This document shows positions 39,701 to 51,116 of a DNA stretch of 64,000 nucleotides, one piece after another (position 1 is the stretch's first letter; each line of letters opens with the position of its first letter). The translations under genes and the position numbers were made by a program. Source of the DNA: a virus; the IMG/VR virus record IMGVR_UViG_3300044957_000861, positions 1 through 64,000 of that record. One strand, written 5' to 3'. Below the pieces are notes generated by a model, which saw only the letters and a program-made list of their open reading frames with translations, was not told the DNA's origin and searched no databases.

Positions 39701-40375
39701 TCATACTTGTCATATATTAAGTATAATCCAACTGGATCTGGTGAATCCATTAAAACTATAATTCTGTAAAAATCAACAGATGAACCATCTAGGTCAGTTG
39801 GATATTTTTCAATATGAATTCTATATTTATTTTGACCATACCCATCAACGTATTTATTACCAAAAGAATCAACAATTCTAATATTATATCTGTCTGGATC
39901 TTCTACGACAGGAGAAGTTTCAATTCCAGTATAAGTTGAACCGATTACCAGATAGTAAAGTATAAAATCTACTTACATAAATGCTATGTGCAAAACGTAA
40001 ATCATTAAAATTTGTTGAACTTGTAAAGTTATACGCTTGAGACTTTTTTTCTATTTTGTCAATTATTATATTGCTTATCGAAACTTCGGAATTTTTTACT
40101 ATAGGAGAATGTTTTGTTTGATGCAATTCAGAATTATTTTTGAGATATCTTAAAACACCGAATTCGTCGGCATACATTGTAAAATCATCATTAATAGCTT
40201 TTAATTGACCACTATTTTCTGGTATAAGACTAGAAGTGTCTAAGACAGAAAGAAAGTTTTCTGGAGTTACCTCTTGAGTGCTATACCAACCAAGATTTAC
40301 AGCGTCGGAGGGAAGTGTATTGCCTTTTTTAATTGAAGGTTCTAACCTAGAAGTAAAATCGCTAAAAGATTTCAT
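33772..40375 (-). CDS. large virion protein with peptidoglycan-binding domain (2200 aa), restored by a +1 shift at CGGT 39940-39943
   Basis: Junction GGT AAT CGGT TCA ACT TAT opens a stop-free frame into the 33772..39750 ORF; PG_binding_1-like IDGKYGPQTAAAVRKFQ. Confidence 0.85.
39940..39943 (-). other. CGGN +1 recoding site 9 (CGGT), codon 145
   Basis: GGT AAT CGGT TCA ACT. Confidence 0.83.
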
Positions 40376-40377
40376 TT

Positions 40378-43300
40378 CTATTCCTCTTCGTAATCAGGGT
40401 GCAGGTTCTCATAGGTCTCAATCACATATGGGGTTACGCCCAAAAGGCCCATTTGATATTGAGTATATCTGCTTATGGGATACCATTTTGGCAAGTTCCA
40501 AGTATTTTGGAATACATCCTCATAGTAAACTATTTCAGTCTCAAAGTCCTTTTTAAAAGAAGAATCAGTGAGATAGTGGTAATAATAGGCATTTTGCCCC
40601 AAGTCCGGGGCAAGAACTGGTTCTGAGGATTCTGATTGATTAACATCATATTTTTCATACCAATATACTATGTCTCCAGCTATAGTGTTGGGTGTGTCAC
40701 GCGGAGTTGTATTCATCTCTGTGTCAACGGCAACAAACCAATAGCCAGGTATGGCGTCGTTTTGGGCTCTATATGGACCTATTTCAAATTCGCCATTTTG
40801 ATTTGCGGTTACCATTCCAGACTTTCCCATCTGATCTGGCGATACAGTAGATTGACTGTATGGGGTATTGAAAGCTTCAAAAAGGTTTCTTCCCCTTCTC
40901 CAATATACTTTTGCATTTGGAGCTGCCGATCCAAATATTGAAACCAGCTCTTGTCCATCTGCATTAATTATTTTTTTTGAAACTTCGGCAGAAAGCTTAT
41001 CAACGAAGAGAGTAGTTGGCTTTAACCAAAAGTCCACTGTTGTGGAAGTGGTTGGTGTTGCACTAAGGATTTCGAAGACATGTATATGACTACTGATGGG
41101 TTTTGCAACTGATCCCCCTATATATTTGACATATGCCCTGGCATAGCCTTCTTCATTTGTCAGAACTGATGAGGGTGTTGCCAAAAGATTTTCTCCAGTT
41201 ATTTGATAATGCACAAATGGTTTTGGATTATTGTTGACGTCTTTACTAAAGATATTAACAGAAATAAACTGATCTCCATTGTCCAATATTTCTTTTGGAG
41301 AAATATGCGCAGATACAGAACCTAATTCATATTCATTATTTGACAGATATATATATCCCTCATCCAATGCAGAATAAAGTGGATTTAAATTAACTGGATA
41401 ATAAGATAAATCTGAATCAAAAATAGACTTTTCATATTCAACCATTGTAGAATACTGGTTATCTGGCGTGCTCAACAAAAATATTTTTGTTCTATAAGAA
41501 CCATCTATCTCGTTGTAAAACTGATTGTCAACAAAAAACGTGTCTCTCACCCTATATTTAACTTTGTAGGTTGTGCCAGATTTTATTAATGGTTGACCAG
41601 AAATATTTTCTGTTTGTATTATATTAGAAAAATAGGATTGGTTTGTTAAAATCAATTTGCCAGTATAGGTATCAAATAATGATAAGTCAAAGACATTGGA
41701 GTATGCTATTGCCAAAAAATTATCGTAAGTTGCTTTAACATACTCCACATTGTATGGTGAATGAATTGTTGGATTAGCCTCGTCTGCAAATGCTACTTGC
41801 GCATACTCTTTGCTCACATAATCAGGAGAAGAAGAGACTGTTAAAATTACTGGTGCTCCCTGTCTTGCAACTGACTCCAATAAAAACTCAGATTTAGTAT
41901 AGTGAATTTCCGTGCCCTTGTCGGCGTATAAATAATATGGGGTTCCATCCTGATATATATATCCACTTTCAATCACTGGAGAAAGTCTTTTGTCTTGAGA
42001 ATTTGTCTGTTCAGCGCTAAATTGTATGCCCTTCATAATAAATTCATTTATTGATCTGTCGTAATAATTTAAGATACCATATGGAGTTGAGCCTACATCC
42101 TCAAAATTTAAACCACTGTTTAAAAATTCTATTATTGAAGGATACTCATACTCTGATCTCACATAAACATCATCGTTTTCATTTATTGGTTCTAGTGAAC
42201 AAATTATGGCGTTTGGAGATGAGGCGTACTCTTCCAGACCAAAATCAGACCTTCTAAAATCATAAAAACCAATTAAACTTCCATGGTAATTATCCGGAAG
42301 ATCATAATTTCCAGTTGAACTAGATCTAACAACACCGTCATCTGACATGAAGAAAGAAATTTCATCAATGTAATCTGCAGTAAAATTATTCCATGTCAAG
42401 TAATTAAATGGATAGTTTGAACTTGGAGTTGCAGAAATAAACAATAAATCTGGAGTAGCCGAATAAGGAAACTTTACATCTATAAACTTGTAGTTGACTG
42501 TTGAAGATCCAGTTGTATCAATATAATATTCATGCTGATCAGGAGTAGCAAAATTTGGATTTATAAAATGAATCCTTATATTATCCTGGGAAGAAAGTAG
42601 GTACTTTTTGTTGTTTTGTTTGTTAAGAGAAATTCCTCCATATCCTTGATACGGACTAGCTGACAAGTCAACATCATACGAACCTTCAACAACATTTTCT
42701 AGGTGCACATATATTGGAGTTGTTCCGTGTGGAAGGATAAAATCCTTAATCAAATTTGCGGGAAGAATAATTAAATCTGATTTTTTTGTTATATCATTAG
42801 ATGAATTTAGTCTATTTCCGAATCGATCAGATCTAATCTTGGGCGTATTAACTATTCTTTTCTTTTTTGGATCATGAATATTTGATATTATTTTAAGTTT
42901 TGTTTTGTATGGAGAGTCATCAATTTGAGCAGCGGTCTTAACAATGGTTCTAGATGATTGATTTGCGTAAGAATTTGGAACGGCATCTAAAAAACCTATT
43001 TTGCCATAATTACCAACTGCACCAGATGCATTGGTTGCTGAAATAAAATTAACAGTTATTGAGTCAACGGCATAAAGTGGAATTTCACTAAAGGTGTACG
43101 ATTCTGTTGCGTTGGCAACAAAAGTATTTATATACGGAGTCCCGCTTGAACTATAATAAATAGATTCTCCGCTAGTAAACCCAGAAGAATTAAATATATC
43201 TTTTGACATATATTCATTAATGCTTGGAGCATACTGATTTTTCGCCAGAACATTGTACCTGGCTTTGTACACTGCATCGTTTGGTATATCGCCGTGCAAA

Positions 43301-45082
43301 TTTAAATGAAGACTAACGTCATAGGTAATGGTTGCAGTTTGGTTGTCTATATATTCCTCATAATATGAAACATAAGTATCATATACTATATCTATAGGCT
43401 CGTAAGCCTCTTTTACTCCATCCATTTTTATTCCACTTGCCCTTATGCCAAAAGAATAATTTTGGATTCCATAATCTAATTTTTCCAACTTTATTTTTAT
43501 ATCGTTCAAATCACCAATTCCTGGTTGGTAATTTTCCATATAATATTCAGGTGTAGCACTATCTGTTATTTGCGGTATTTGAGAAAAACCTTCCATCCTT
43601 TTTCCAGCTGGATCCCAATAAGCTTCTCCCCACTTTACGTATCCAAAATTGGATGGATATTGTCTATTTAAATATTCTACAAAATCCATAAAGTCTTTTG
43701 TTGCAATTCCGTCTTTACTAAAATACCTATCATCTTTTTCAATATCTGATATTTCTAATATTTCAGGAGTTGCTCCAATATAAGATGAGTTTGGTGTAGA
43801 GCCAAAAGCTCTCCAAATATCTAGCTCTCTTCTCAAAGTTTTTTTCAAACTATCAGCGTTTATAGCTGGTGGATTTTTATATACGTCAAGTATTCTTAAT
43901 TTAAAATTTGAATTTGATTCAAGGTAAAGTCTTTGAAGACCAACTTTCAAACCAAATTCATCAAAACTATTTATATTCTGAACCGTTTCCGATTTATGCA
44001 TAACGTCATCAACTTTAAGTTGGATAGGTTTTAATAAAGTAAATAATTGTGCTGTCAAAAAATTATAATAGAAAACAAAATCAGTTGGTTTATGCTCTAA
44101 AAGCTCTCGCATAGAAGACACTCTTGCCATTTCAAAATAGTCTGCAGTTACCTTTATAAAACCAGGTTTAATATTATTATAAACATGAAGCCACGCTATT
44201 TGATTTTGATCTGACAATCCTATAAAAGAATCAAGTTCTATTCTTGAAATAAGAACATCTATTTCATCTAAATCTTCTCCAATAATAGCATTAATTAATC
44301 TACCAGCATTTGTGCTTGGGATTGCTATTTCTGGTGTTGCTTTCTGCAACGAATCTGCGTATACCTTTGTCCAAGAAGGAAACCTTGAAAGAACACTTCT
44401 TGCGTGATCACTTATTACTGGGTTTAATATATCAGATATTTCTATTTGAACCAACAGCAAAAAGTTTGCTTCAGAAAGATCTGAATCTGCATCAACTTCT
44501 ACCAAAAATTTACAATATCTTTTTATATCTCTTAAAAATAAGACAGTTGTTTCCTGGCTAACGTGCGCTGCTTGCATCCATTCTGAATCAAAAGACGAGT
44601 TTTTGTCAGAAGATAAAATTTTTAAATTAACACTTGGAGTCTCTAATCCTGGAAGATTTGAAAATGCGTGCTTATATCCAATAATATCTATTCTAGATGA
44701 TGTATCAACGAATCTATATAGGGATATGGTCTCTGAATCGGGAGAAAGAATCCAGTAAGGAGAAGCCTCTTGAAGATCAAAAACATAGCTATCATTGCTT
44801 ATACTATCATAATTAAATACAGAAAAATCTCCGTTGAGATTGGTCAAAAACTATTTCCCCATAATTAGTCGGAGTGGCATTTGCTGATATTGTTGGGGTG
44901 GATGAAGTTAATTCTGTACCAACAAATGTGTAATCACCCAAAAGATTAAGGCCAGTTGCAGATCTATATGTGGAATAATTTTTATAAAATCTATTTGAAT
45001 AAAGATCAAATACATTTGATGTCCAGACATTACCATTCACATTAAAATCAGATTTATTTAATGCCAAAAAGTAAGTTTTCAT
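40378..45082 (-). CDS. large virion structural protein (1567 aa), restored by a +1 shift at CGGA 44830-44833
   Basis: Junction TCT CAA CGGA GAT TTT; recurring 'ATP/STP' peptides; Ig-like C-terminal region (LTNEEGYA, VTANQNGEF). Confidence 0.8.
44830..44833 (-). other. CGGN +1 recoding site 10 (CGGA), codon 84
   Basis: TCT CAA CGGA GAT TTT. Confidence 0.83.
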
Positions 45083-45093
45083 TGTATGACCTT

Positions 45094-46362
45094 TTAAATT
45101 GCGTCTAACCAAACGGAATACTCTGAAGTTATTCCATTTTCTGGATGAACAAACATTAAATGTTGAGACGGTCTACTCATTGAATTAAAATATTCTTGAG
45201 CGTACGTATTGTAACTTTCTGGTGAACCAGATATTCTTAAAATAGAACTTCCAATGGTCATTTTGGTTTGCAGATGATAATGTCCCATAAAAACATCTTG
45301 AAATTCTTCTGGAATTGCTCCGTCTTTCCAGCCAAGAACCTTTCTAACATAGGCGATAACAGAATTGGGTGATGGCAGTTGATCTCCATGTATTAAAAGG
45401 GTAGAATAATTTCCTATTCTGTCAACAGCATACCAGTGTCTTTCACCACGACCATCTGGAATATTAAATTTAATTCTATCATTTTGAGAGAAAATTAGAC
45501 TGACTATCTTGTATAGAAGCCTGTCCATGTTAGACTCTGCGTCATACATTTTTCTATTTCTTCCCCCGACGGAGCCGTGATTCCCTATGACGCCAGTAAC
45601 ATATATGTTGTCAAAGTTTTCTAAAGCTGTGTTTAGAAAACCAGACAAAATCTCTGGACCATTTATCCCGACTTGTCTATATATTCCAGAATCAATTAAA
45701 TGACTTTGCCCTGGAAATATCTCTTCTCCCTCAACTATATCCCCCAAAAGCCATACATGAAGGTCGTCAACTGGATGATCTGCTCTTTGAACTTCAACTA
45801 TTTCAATCATTTTTTCTGTGTAAAGTTCTATTCTTTTTGCTAGTACCTGTGAGTTATAATCTGGAGTAACTTTACCCAATTGCCAGTCAGAAAAAACTGC
45901 AACTGCGGTTTCTGGTGTGCCCTTGCCCGCTTTTCTTGGGGCTTTTCTTTGCACTGGGGGGAGTTTGAAGTTTGCAAAAGCGTCGTATGCGGCTCTGTAG
46001 ATTGTTTGTGAAGCCTCTTCGCTTATGTTTTTGTGCTTTTCTACCTGCTTGGCGAGACGCTTATTTTCTGAACGAAGAAAATCTATAGTAGAATATTCTA
46101 TTCCTGATAAATTAGACTCTTCTTCTCCAGAAAAATCTACTGATTCAAAATCATCTAGTGAAGTATAAAAAGAATTTTTAACAGCAGAAAAATGCTGTGA
46201 AACGTCTTGTTCATCAATTTCTTCTATCAGATAATCATCAGCTAGTATGTCGCCGGGAATCTCATCATCTCCCTCAACCATACTTCTAGCTTGACGCATA
46301 TTCTTTGCTTTTACTATATGACTCTTTGTAACTACAAAAGTTTTTTCTGACACAATTACCAC
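45094..46362 (-). CDS. calcineurin-like metallophosphoesterase
   Basis: SDWQLG, LGDIVEG, GNHG, HGD, GHYH. Confidence 0.85.
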   Translation of the reverse strand: MVIVSEKTFVVTKSHIVKAKNMRQARSMVEGDDEIPGDILADDYLIEEIDEQDVSQHFSAVKNSFYTSLDDFESVDFSGEEESNLSGIEYSTIDFLRSENKRLAKQVEKHKNISEEASQTIYRAAYDAFANFKLPPVQRKAPRKAGKGTPETAVAVFSDWQLGKVTPDYNSQVLAKRIELYTEKMIEIVEVQRADHPVDDLHVWLLGDIVEGEEIFPGQSHLIDSGIYRQVGINGPEILSGFLNTALENFDNIYVTGVIGNHGSVGGRNRKMYDAESNMDRLLYKIVSLIFSQNDRIKFNIPDGRGERHWYAVDRIGNYSTLLIHGDQLPSPNSVIAYVRKVLGWKDGAIPEEFQDVFMGHYHLQTKMTIGSSILRISGSPESYNTYAQEYFNSMSRPSQHLMFVHPENGITSEYSVWLDAI

Positions 46363-46371
46363 TCTTTCAGA

Positions 46372-47541
46372 TTAATATCCTTGTGAAGACATTATAACAG
46401 AAAAAACCGAAATTGTGCCAGCTATAATGTATTCTCTTTCTGAGTTTAACCTAAACACACCCTTGGGCACTTCTTGACCTCTTGCTGTTACACTTAACAG
46501 GTTTACGGATCGAATAAAGTCTGATGAAGATCTTATTGCCATCTCTATTTCTGGGAAAGCTAATGTTCCACCAATTGTAAAAGAATTTAAATATTTTTTG
46601 ATAAAAGTGTTTGCTTGTGTTTCTATTGCCGTAATTGCAGTTGCAGATAGACCTTGCGGTAGCACTATGCTAGCCACAACGCTTATTGGCACTCTTTCTG
46701 CAATTCTAATATTTAGCTTAATGCCGACAGGCTTTTTCCCACTTAAATTTTCTACAAGAGATTGAACAAATAGGGGGTCAACAGACTGCGAGTCTGGCAC
46801 TACAATTATATCGCATGAGCCTAGACCGTAAGAAGATTCCCTTATCCTAACATCCCTTACCCCAGCTACCGCTAGGGCATTAAGTCGTAAGGATTCTGCA
46901 GTTCCATATGATCTTTCTTTAATTGACATACTTATTCTTCTTCTATAATTATCATCACCTTCCATACCCGGCATGGCATATACCTCTTTGGGGTTTGAAC
47001 AGTAAATTATGGTTCCGTCTGTGGAAACGAAATTATGTCTAGTCAAGCTATTTTTTGTGGCGGTGAAATCTTGACTGGTGAAAGTTGGTTGAATTCTACC
47101 ATACGCCCTTGTTGTACCTGCCACGATAGTTACACTGCCCACAAGTTTATATTGATACTGCCTTTCTGCAAATTCTGTTACATCATTAAAAATTAATGTA
47201 TCTTGTGGAATCGTGATATTGCTGGGTGAAGGAGCGGATATATAGAACTCTATGTTGTAGCTTGCCCTTTCTTGTTCAGCTTCTGGACTTATAATACTTC
47301 TTCTAACTCCATAGAGTTCACCAATTAAATCTAATGACTTTCCCGAAGCAGTAGCTATGGAGGTTTGATTAATCGCAAATTTTAACGCATCATATAAATC
47401 GCCCACTTCAATTGCTACTGACTCAGCAAATGCTCTAGCTATAGCGCCTGGATATGTTGCTGTAATTCCCGCATTGTTTTCAAGAGCCTGCATCATGCGG
47501 CCAAGTATTTCCGTTTTTGTTTTACTGTAGACTGTGGGCAC
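46372..47541 (-). CDS. baseplate J-like wedge protein
   Basis: TASGKSLDLIGELYGVRR, EGDDNYRRRI, ALAVAGVRDV, KPVGI. Confidence 0.88.
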   Translation of the reverse strand: MPTVYSKTKTEILGRMMQALENNAGITATYPGAIARAFAESVAIEVGDLYDALKFAINQTSIATASGKSLDLIGELYGVRRSIISPEAEQERASYNIEFYISAPSPSNITIPQDTLIFNDVTEFAERQYQYKLVGSVTIVAGTTRAYGRIQPTFTSQDFTATKNSLTRHNFVSTDGTIIYCSNPKEVYAMPGMEGDDNYRRRISMSIKERSYGTAESLRLNALAVAGVRDVRIRESSYGLGSCDIIVVPDSQSVDPLFVQSLVENLSGKKPVGIKLNIRIAERVPISVVASIVLPQGLSATAITAIETQANTFIKKYLNSFTIGGTLAFPEIEMAIRSSSDFIRSVNLLSVTARGQEVPKGVFRLNSEREYIIAGTISVFSVIMSSQGY

Positions 47542-47559
47542 CGTATACTCCTTGTTATA

Positions 47560-47943
47560 TTACAGCTCTTGAACAACAGAAAGGGTGACTGGTTCTGCTG
47601 TATTATTTTCAATATGAACATCAAATCTTATTCCAGTAGCAGATGTGGGGACTGCATCAATAGATATTGATCTTCCCCTAAAGATTCCGCCTTTTAATTC
47701 ATTTTCCAAACAATCTCTTATAATTCTCTTACCTATCTCTGCTGTGCTTCTATTTTGTGGCATTCCCCTTAATATTGAGAGGTCACATCCTAATCTTGGA
47801 TAAATTGTAAAATCACTTGGCTCAGTCATTAGCCTCATATATATTTGTTGAATATCTCTTTGTTGACCATTTTGAACAACAGCTATATCTTTATTTGAAG
47901 AAATTAAAATATCTCCACTTAGATCAAAATAAAAATCACTCAT
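47560..47943 (-). CDS. gp25-like baseplate wedge / sheath initiator
   Basis: GDI...DIAVV..., QQIYMRLMTE...YPRLGCDL; adjacent to baseplate J. Confidence 0.75.
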   Translation of the reverse strand: MSDFYFDLSGDILISSNKDIAVVQNGQQRDIQQIYMRLMTEPSDFTIYPRLGCDLSILRGMPQNRSTAEIGKRIIRDCLENELKGGIFRGRSISIDAVPTSATGIRFDVHIENNTAEPVTLSVVQEL

Positions 47944-48626
47944 TATTTTTCCAAATCATCTGTTATCCAAGGAAAATTTTCTAAATTATTTCCTATATTG
48001 AAATCTTTTTCATTTATTTTTTTTAAAGACTCTTCGTAAGAGTATCCAGAAGAAATAAATCTTTTTAAAACTTCTACTTCCTCTTCAGTATGATCTTTGG
48101 AAAAGATCTCAATAAGAGTTATTTGCTCAGCAGAAAATCCACTAGTACTATTTAAAATAACCTGTTTATTGTTTTTTATTCCCAGGCCATACTTACCCAT
48201 TATAGTAATAGGATTATTTGATTGATTCTGTTCAAATTGCTGTATATTATTTAAGTAAAAATTAACCCTATGATAGGCTGGATTATTGGAAAAATCTCCT
48301 GTTTTTATTAAAGATGGCTCGTTATAAACATCGGCTGCTGGATTAAAAGACTTTTCGTTCCACCTAAGACCATCATCTTCTTTAGAGAAGAACTTTATAG
48401 AATCTGCATAAAAGGATATGCTTCTGGTATTTGGATTTATAATTAGACCTATACCAGGGGCAGCAAAAACCTCTATTGATCCATTGTCGGTTATCCTTAA
48501 AAAAGCGTTATTGTCTGGATGAGTAAGCCCAACCTCCCTGTGAGAAAATTCAGTTCTTCTTTTAATTTCCAAAGCTTCATTAAAAGGCTTTGAAGAATTT
48601 GGATTTTCTTGATCATAGTTACTCAT
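47943..48626 (-). CDS. hypothetical baseplate-region protein
   Basis: 227-aa ORF with beta-repeat-like segment (AFLRITDNGSIEVFA). Confidence 0.65.
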   Translation of the reverse strand: MSNYDQENPNSSKPFNEALEIKRRTEFSHREVGLTHPDNNAFLRITDNGSIEVFAAPGIGLIINPNTRSISFYADSIKFFSKEDDGLRWNEKSFNPAADVYNEPSLIKTGDFSNNPAYHRVNFYLNNIQQFEQNQSNNPITIMGKYGLGIKNNKQVILNSTSGFSAEQITLIEIFSKDHTEEEVEVLKRFISSGYSYEESLKKINEKDFNIGNNLENFPWITDDLEK

Positions 48627-48628
48627 AT

Positions 48629-48991
48629 TTACTCCATGAATTTAGGTATACCAGTATATATATTTATATTTCTAGAATTTTTATACGAGTGCGGTTCATT
48701 AAAAAACATAATAATATAAGCGTCATCCTCGTGTTCATCCCTAAAACCCACCAGACAGCGTGTGCCTGGAGCTGGAGCAACCGATTGAACGCCATATGTG
48801 AATGGACATGGGACATTCAAGATAGCGTTTCCGATTACACTTGAAAATTTCTCATCAACTACAACAGTAGCGGTATTATTTTGTGCATTATAAGACATCA
48901 CAGTTCCTGGCCTGTTTTTATTTTGCAGAAACTTTGATCTGTCAATATGATCATTAATTTTTTTGTCAAACTTAGGGTAATTTGCTGGCAT
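48629..48991 (-). CDS. baseplate spike N-terminal OB-fold-like protein
   Basis: GTVMSYN...TATV...NVP...PAPGTRCLVGF. Confidence 0.65.
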   Translation of the reverse strand: MPANYPKFDKKINDHIDRSKFLQNKNRPGTVMSYNAQNNTATVVVDEKFSSVIGNAILNVPCPFTYGVQSVAPAPGTRCLVGFRDEHEDDAYIIMFFNEPHSYKNSRNINIYTGIPKFME

Positions 48992-49001
48992 TTAAATCTC
49001 C

Positions 49002-51093
49002 TTATCGGACGTTTCCACTATCATCAAACTCTGTTCCTTCCATCCACTTTTCAATATACGAATATGGTCTTTTGTTTTTAAACTTTGTTCTTATCCATGC
49101 TTTAAGAGCATCTTCTGTCTTGCCTTTTAACTTATAAGCTTTAGCTATCGTGGTAAATTTTACATGAAAAATAAATCCAACAGTTGATCTTGGAGTTCCA
49201 TTGCTATTATTATAGTCTCCCCATGCACTAAAAACATAAGAGTCAATTGGCTTCCCTTTTAACGCTTTTGCTACCTCTGTCTGTCCAGCAGCAACTGTTC
49301 CTAGCATCCAGGCTTGGTTATATGGTATAAATACTCTTTTATCAATTGTTGATCTGGTTGCTTTTTCTATTACTTTTCTACTGAGAGATTCAACGTTAGT
49401 ATCATCGTCAATTGCATATGCTAATTTTAAGCCAAGAACTGTGTCGTCATATATCTGTCCAGTGGCGTTGTATCTAAGGGCAAACATTTTTTTACCATGC
49501 GCTGCTGGAAGAAGATTGCATTGAAAAGCTCCAAAAGAAAAATCTCCACTTCCAGTTTTATTTTCATTTAGCGCACCTGGTCTCCAATTAGATTCTCTTT
49601 GACCAATTCCAACAAATATGGCTGATACCTCATCGCTGAACATTCCTGATGTTGATAACAAGTACATGACCTCGTCTGGACTTAATGCATCATTTGGTTT
49701 ATCCATATAGCTTACCTTAAATTTATCCAATGAAACAGAAGTATCAGACGGATTTGAACCAGTAGAGGATGACCCTGTTAATTGAGCCGCTATTTCTGGA
49801 GTTATAAAAGATCCTGCTCTTTGTGCGGACCAGCTGACATGTATATGATTTCTATGCGAAGAATCTGTTCCAAAGTTTATAAATGGAGCCAAATGAGGAT
49901 ACTTAGTCCTAATTGGGGCATTTGCATTTTCTAGCCCTGATTCTAATATGCCAAACTCTTCAGCTAATTGATCGTGTATTATTATCAAATCTGGATGAAG
50001 TTCTTTTGAAAGCGTTTGGAGATTGGTCAAAAATATATTTAAAGCTTTTCTAAAATTATCCAAACTTGAAACAAGAGCAATCGCATCTGCGGGAGTTGTG
50101 CCAATCTCAAATATGTCAAGACCTCTACCAAATGCATGATCGCTAACGCTGTTATTTTCTGCGGTTAATTGACTAAAATTTGAACCAACTAATCCTCGAC
50201 CAGTTCCAGTTTCAGCTTTCATATAAATCTTATTGGTTAATTGAAGCGTCATTTCAAGTAATGCGGCTCCGACAAAACAATTCTTTAGTCCAGTACCAAG
50301 GAGTTCTTTTGGAACAGAAAGAGCCTCATAAGAACCTGAAACATAGTTGCCGGATTGTTTAATTTCAAAATTTAAAGAACCTAGTGATTGACCTGAAGAA
50401 TTTTCACTAAAATTTATTTGAAATGGATTTATATTTCCTGCATAATTTACTTTGCTATTTATTTCTTTACTTTTAGTAATATATGTTTCTATTTCTTTTT
50501 CTGTTAAAATATCCTGAAGAGCTATTGGTCTTGATCCACCATTTAAAGTTATACCTCCCTGGGAAGGGTAGTATCCCTTTTGACTGTGAGGCAACAGCCC
50601 ACCGAGTTTCGGAATCAACATAACCATTAGAACCTGTATCTGAATTAGTGGTGCTGTTTATTACGGTATCGTTAAGAGCTTTGAGCGCAACATCAAATCC
50701 ATTTGGCGCATAACCAGAATTAAGAACTGAATTTTTTGTTATCTCAGCTCTTGCCGCTGCACCTGTAAGAACATTTTTTCCAGATGGATCATTTGGATCT
50801 AAAATTTTAACATTATCATCTATGTCTGCCTGAGCTGCTATTATACCGTGCATTGCAGATTGGGTTGTTTGTGCATATGCATTTACTGCGTATGCTGGAT
50901 TTCTATATAGACCATCACCTTGCAGCAGTTTAATTGGATCAGCACTTCTTAATACCCTGTCTTGATAGGGTTGTTGTGATAAGCTTGTATGCTTAATAAT
51001 CACTTCATTATTTGGATAATACGCCTCAGCAATTTTATCAGTTATACTTTTAGTGCTATTAAGATCTGTTATGTCTATTGGGTAATCTGACAT
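49002..51093 (-). CDS. virion-associated peptidoglycan hydrolase, M15-like peptidase + lysozyme-like domain (696 aa), restored by a +1 shift at CGGT 50601-50604
   Basis: Junction GAA ACT CGGT GGG CTG; SDHAFGRGLD...HRNHIHVS and RESNWRPGALN...SFGAFQ motifs. Confidence 0.78.
50601..50604 (-). other. CGGN +1 recoding site 11 (CGGT), codon 164
   Basis: GAA ACT CGGT GGG CTG. Confidence 0.8.
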
Positions 51094-51116
51094 TTTTCCT
51101 CTATCTATTTCCTATT

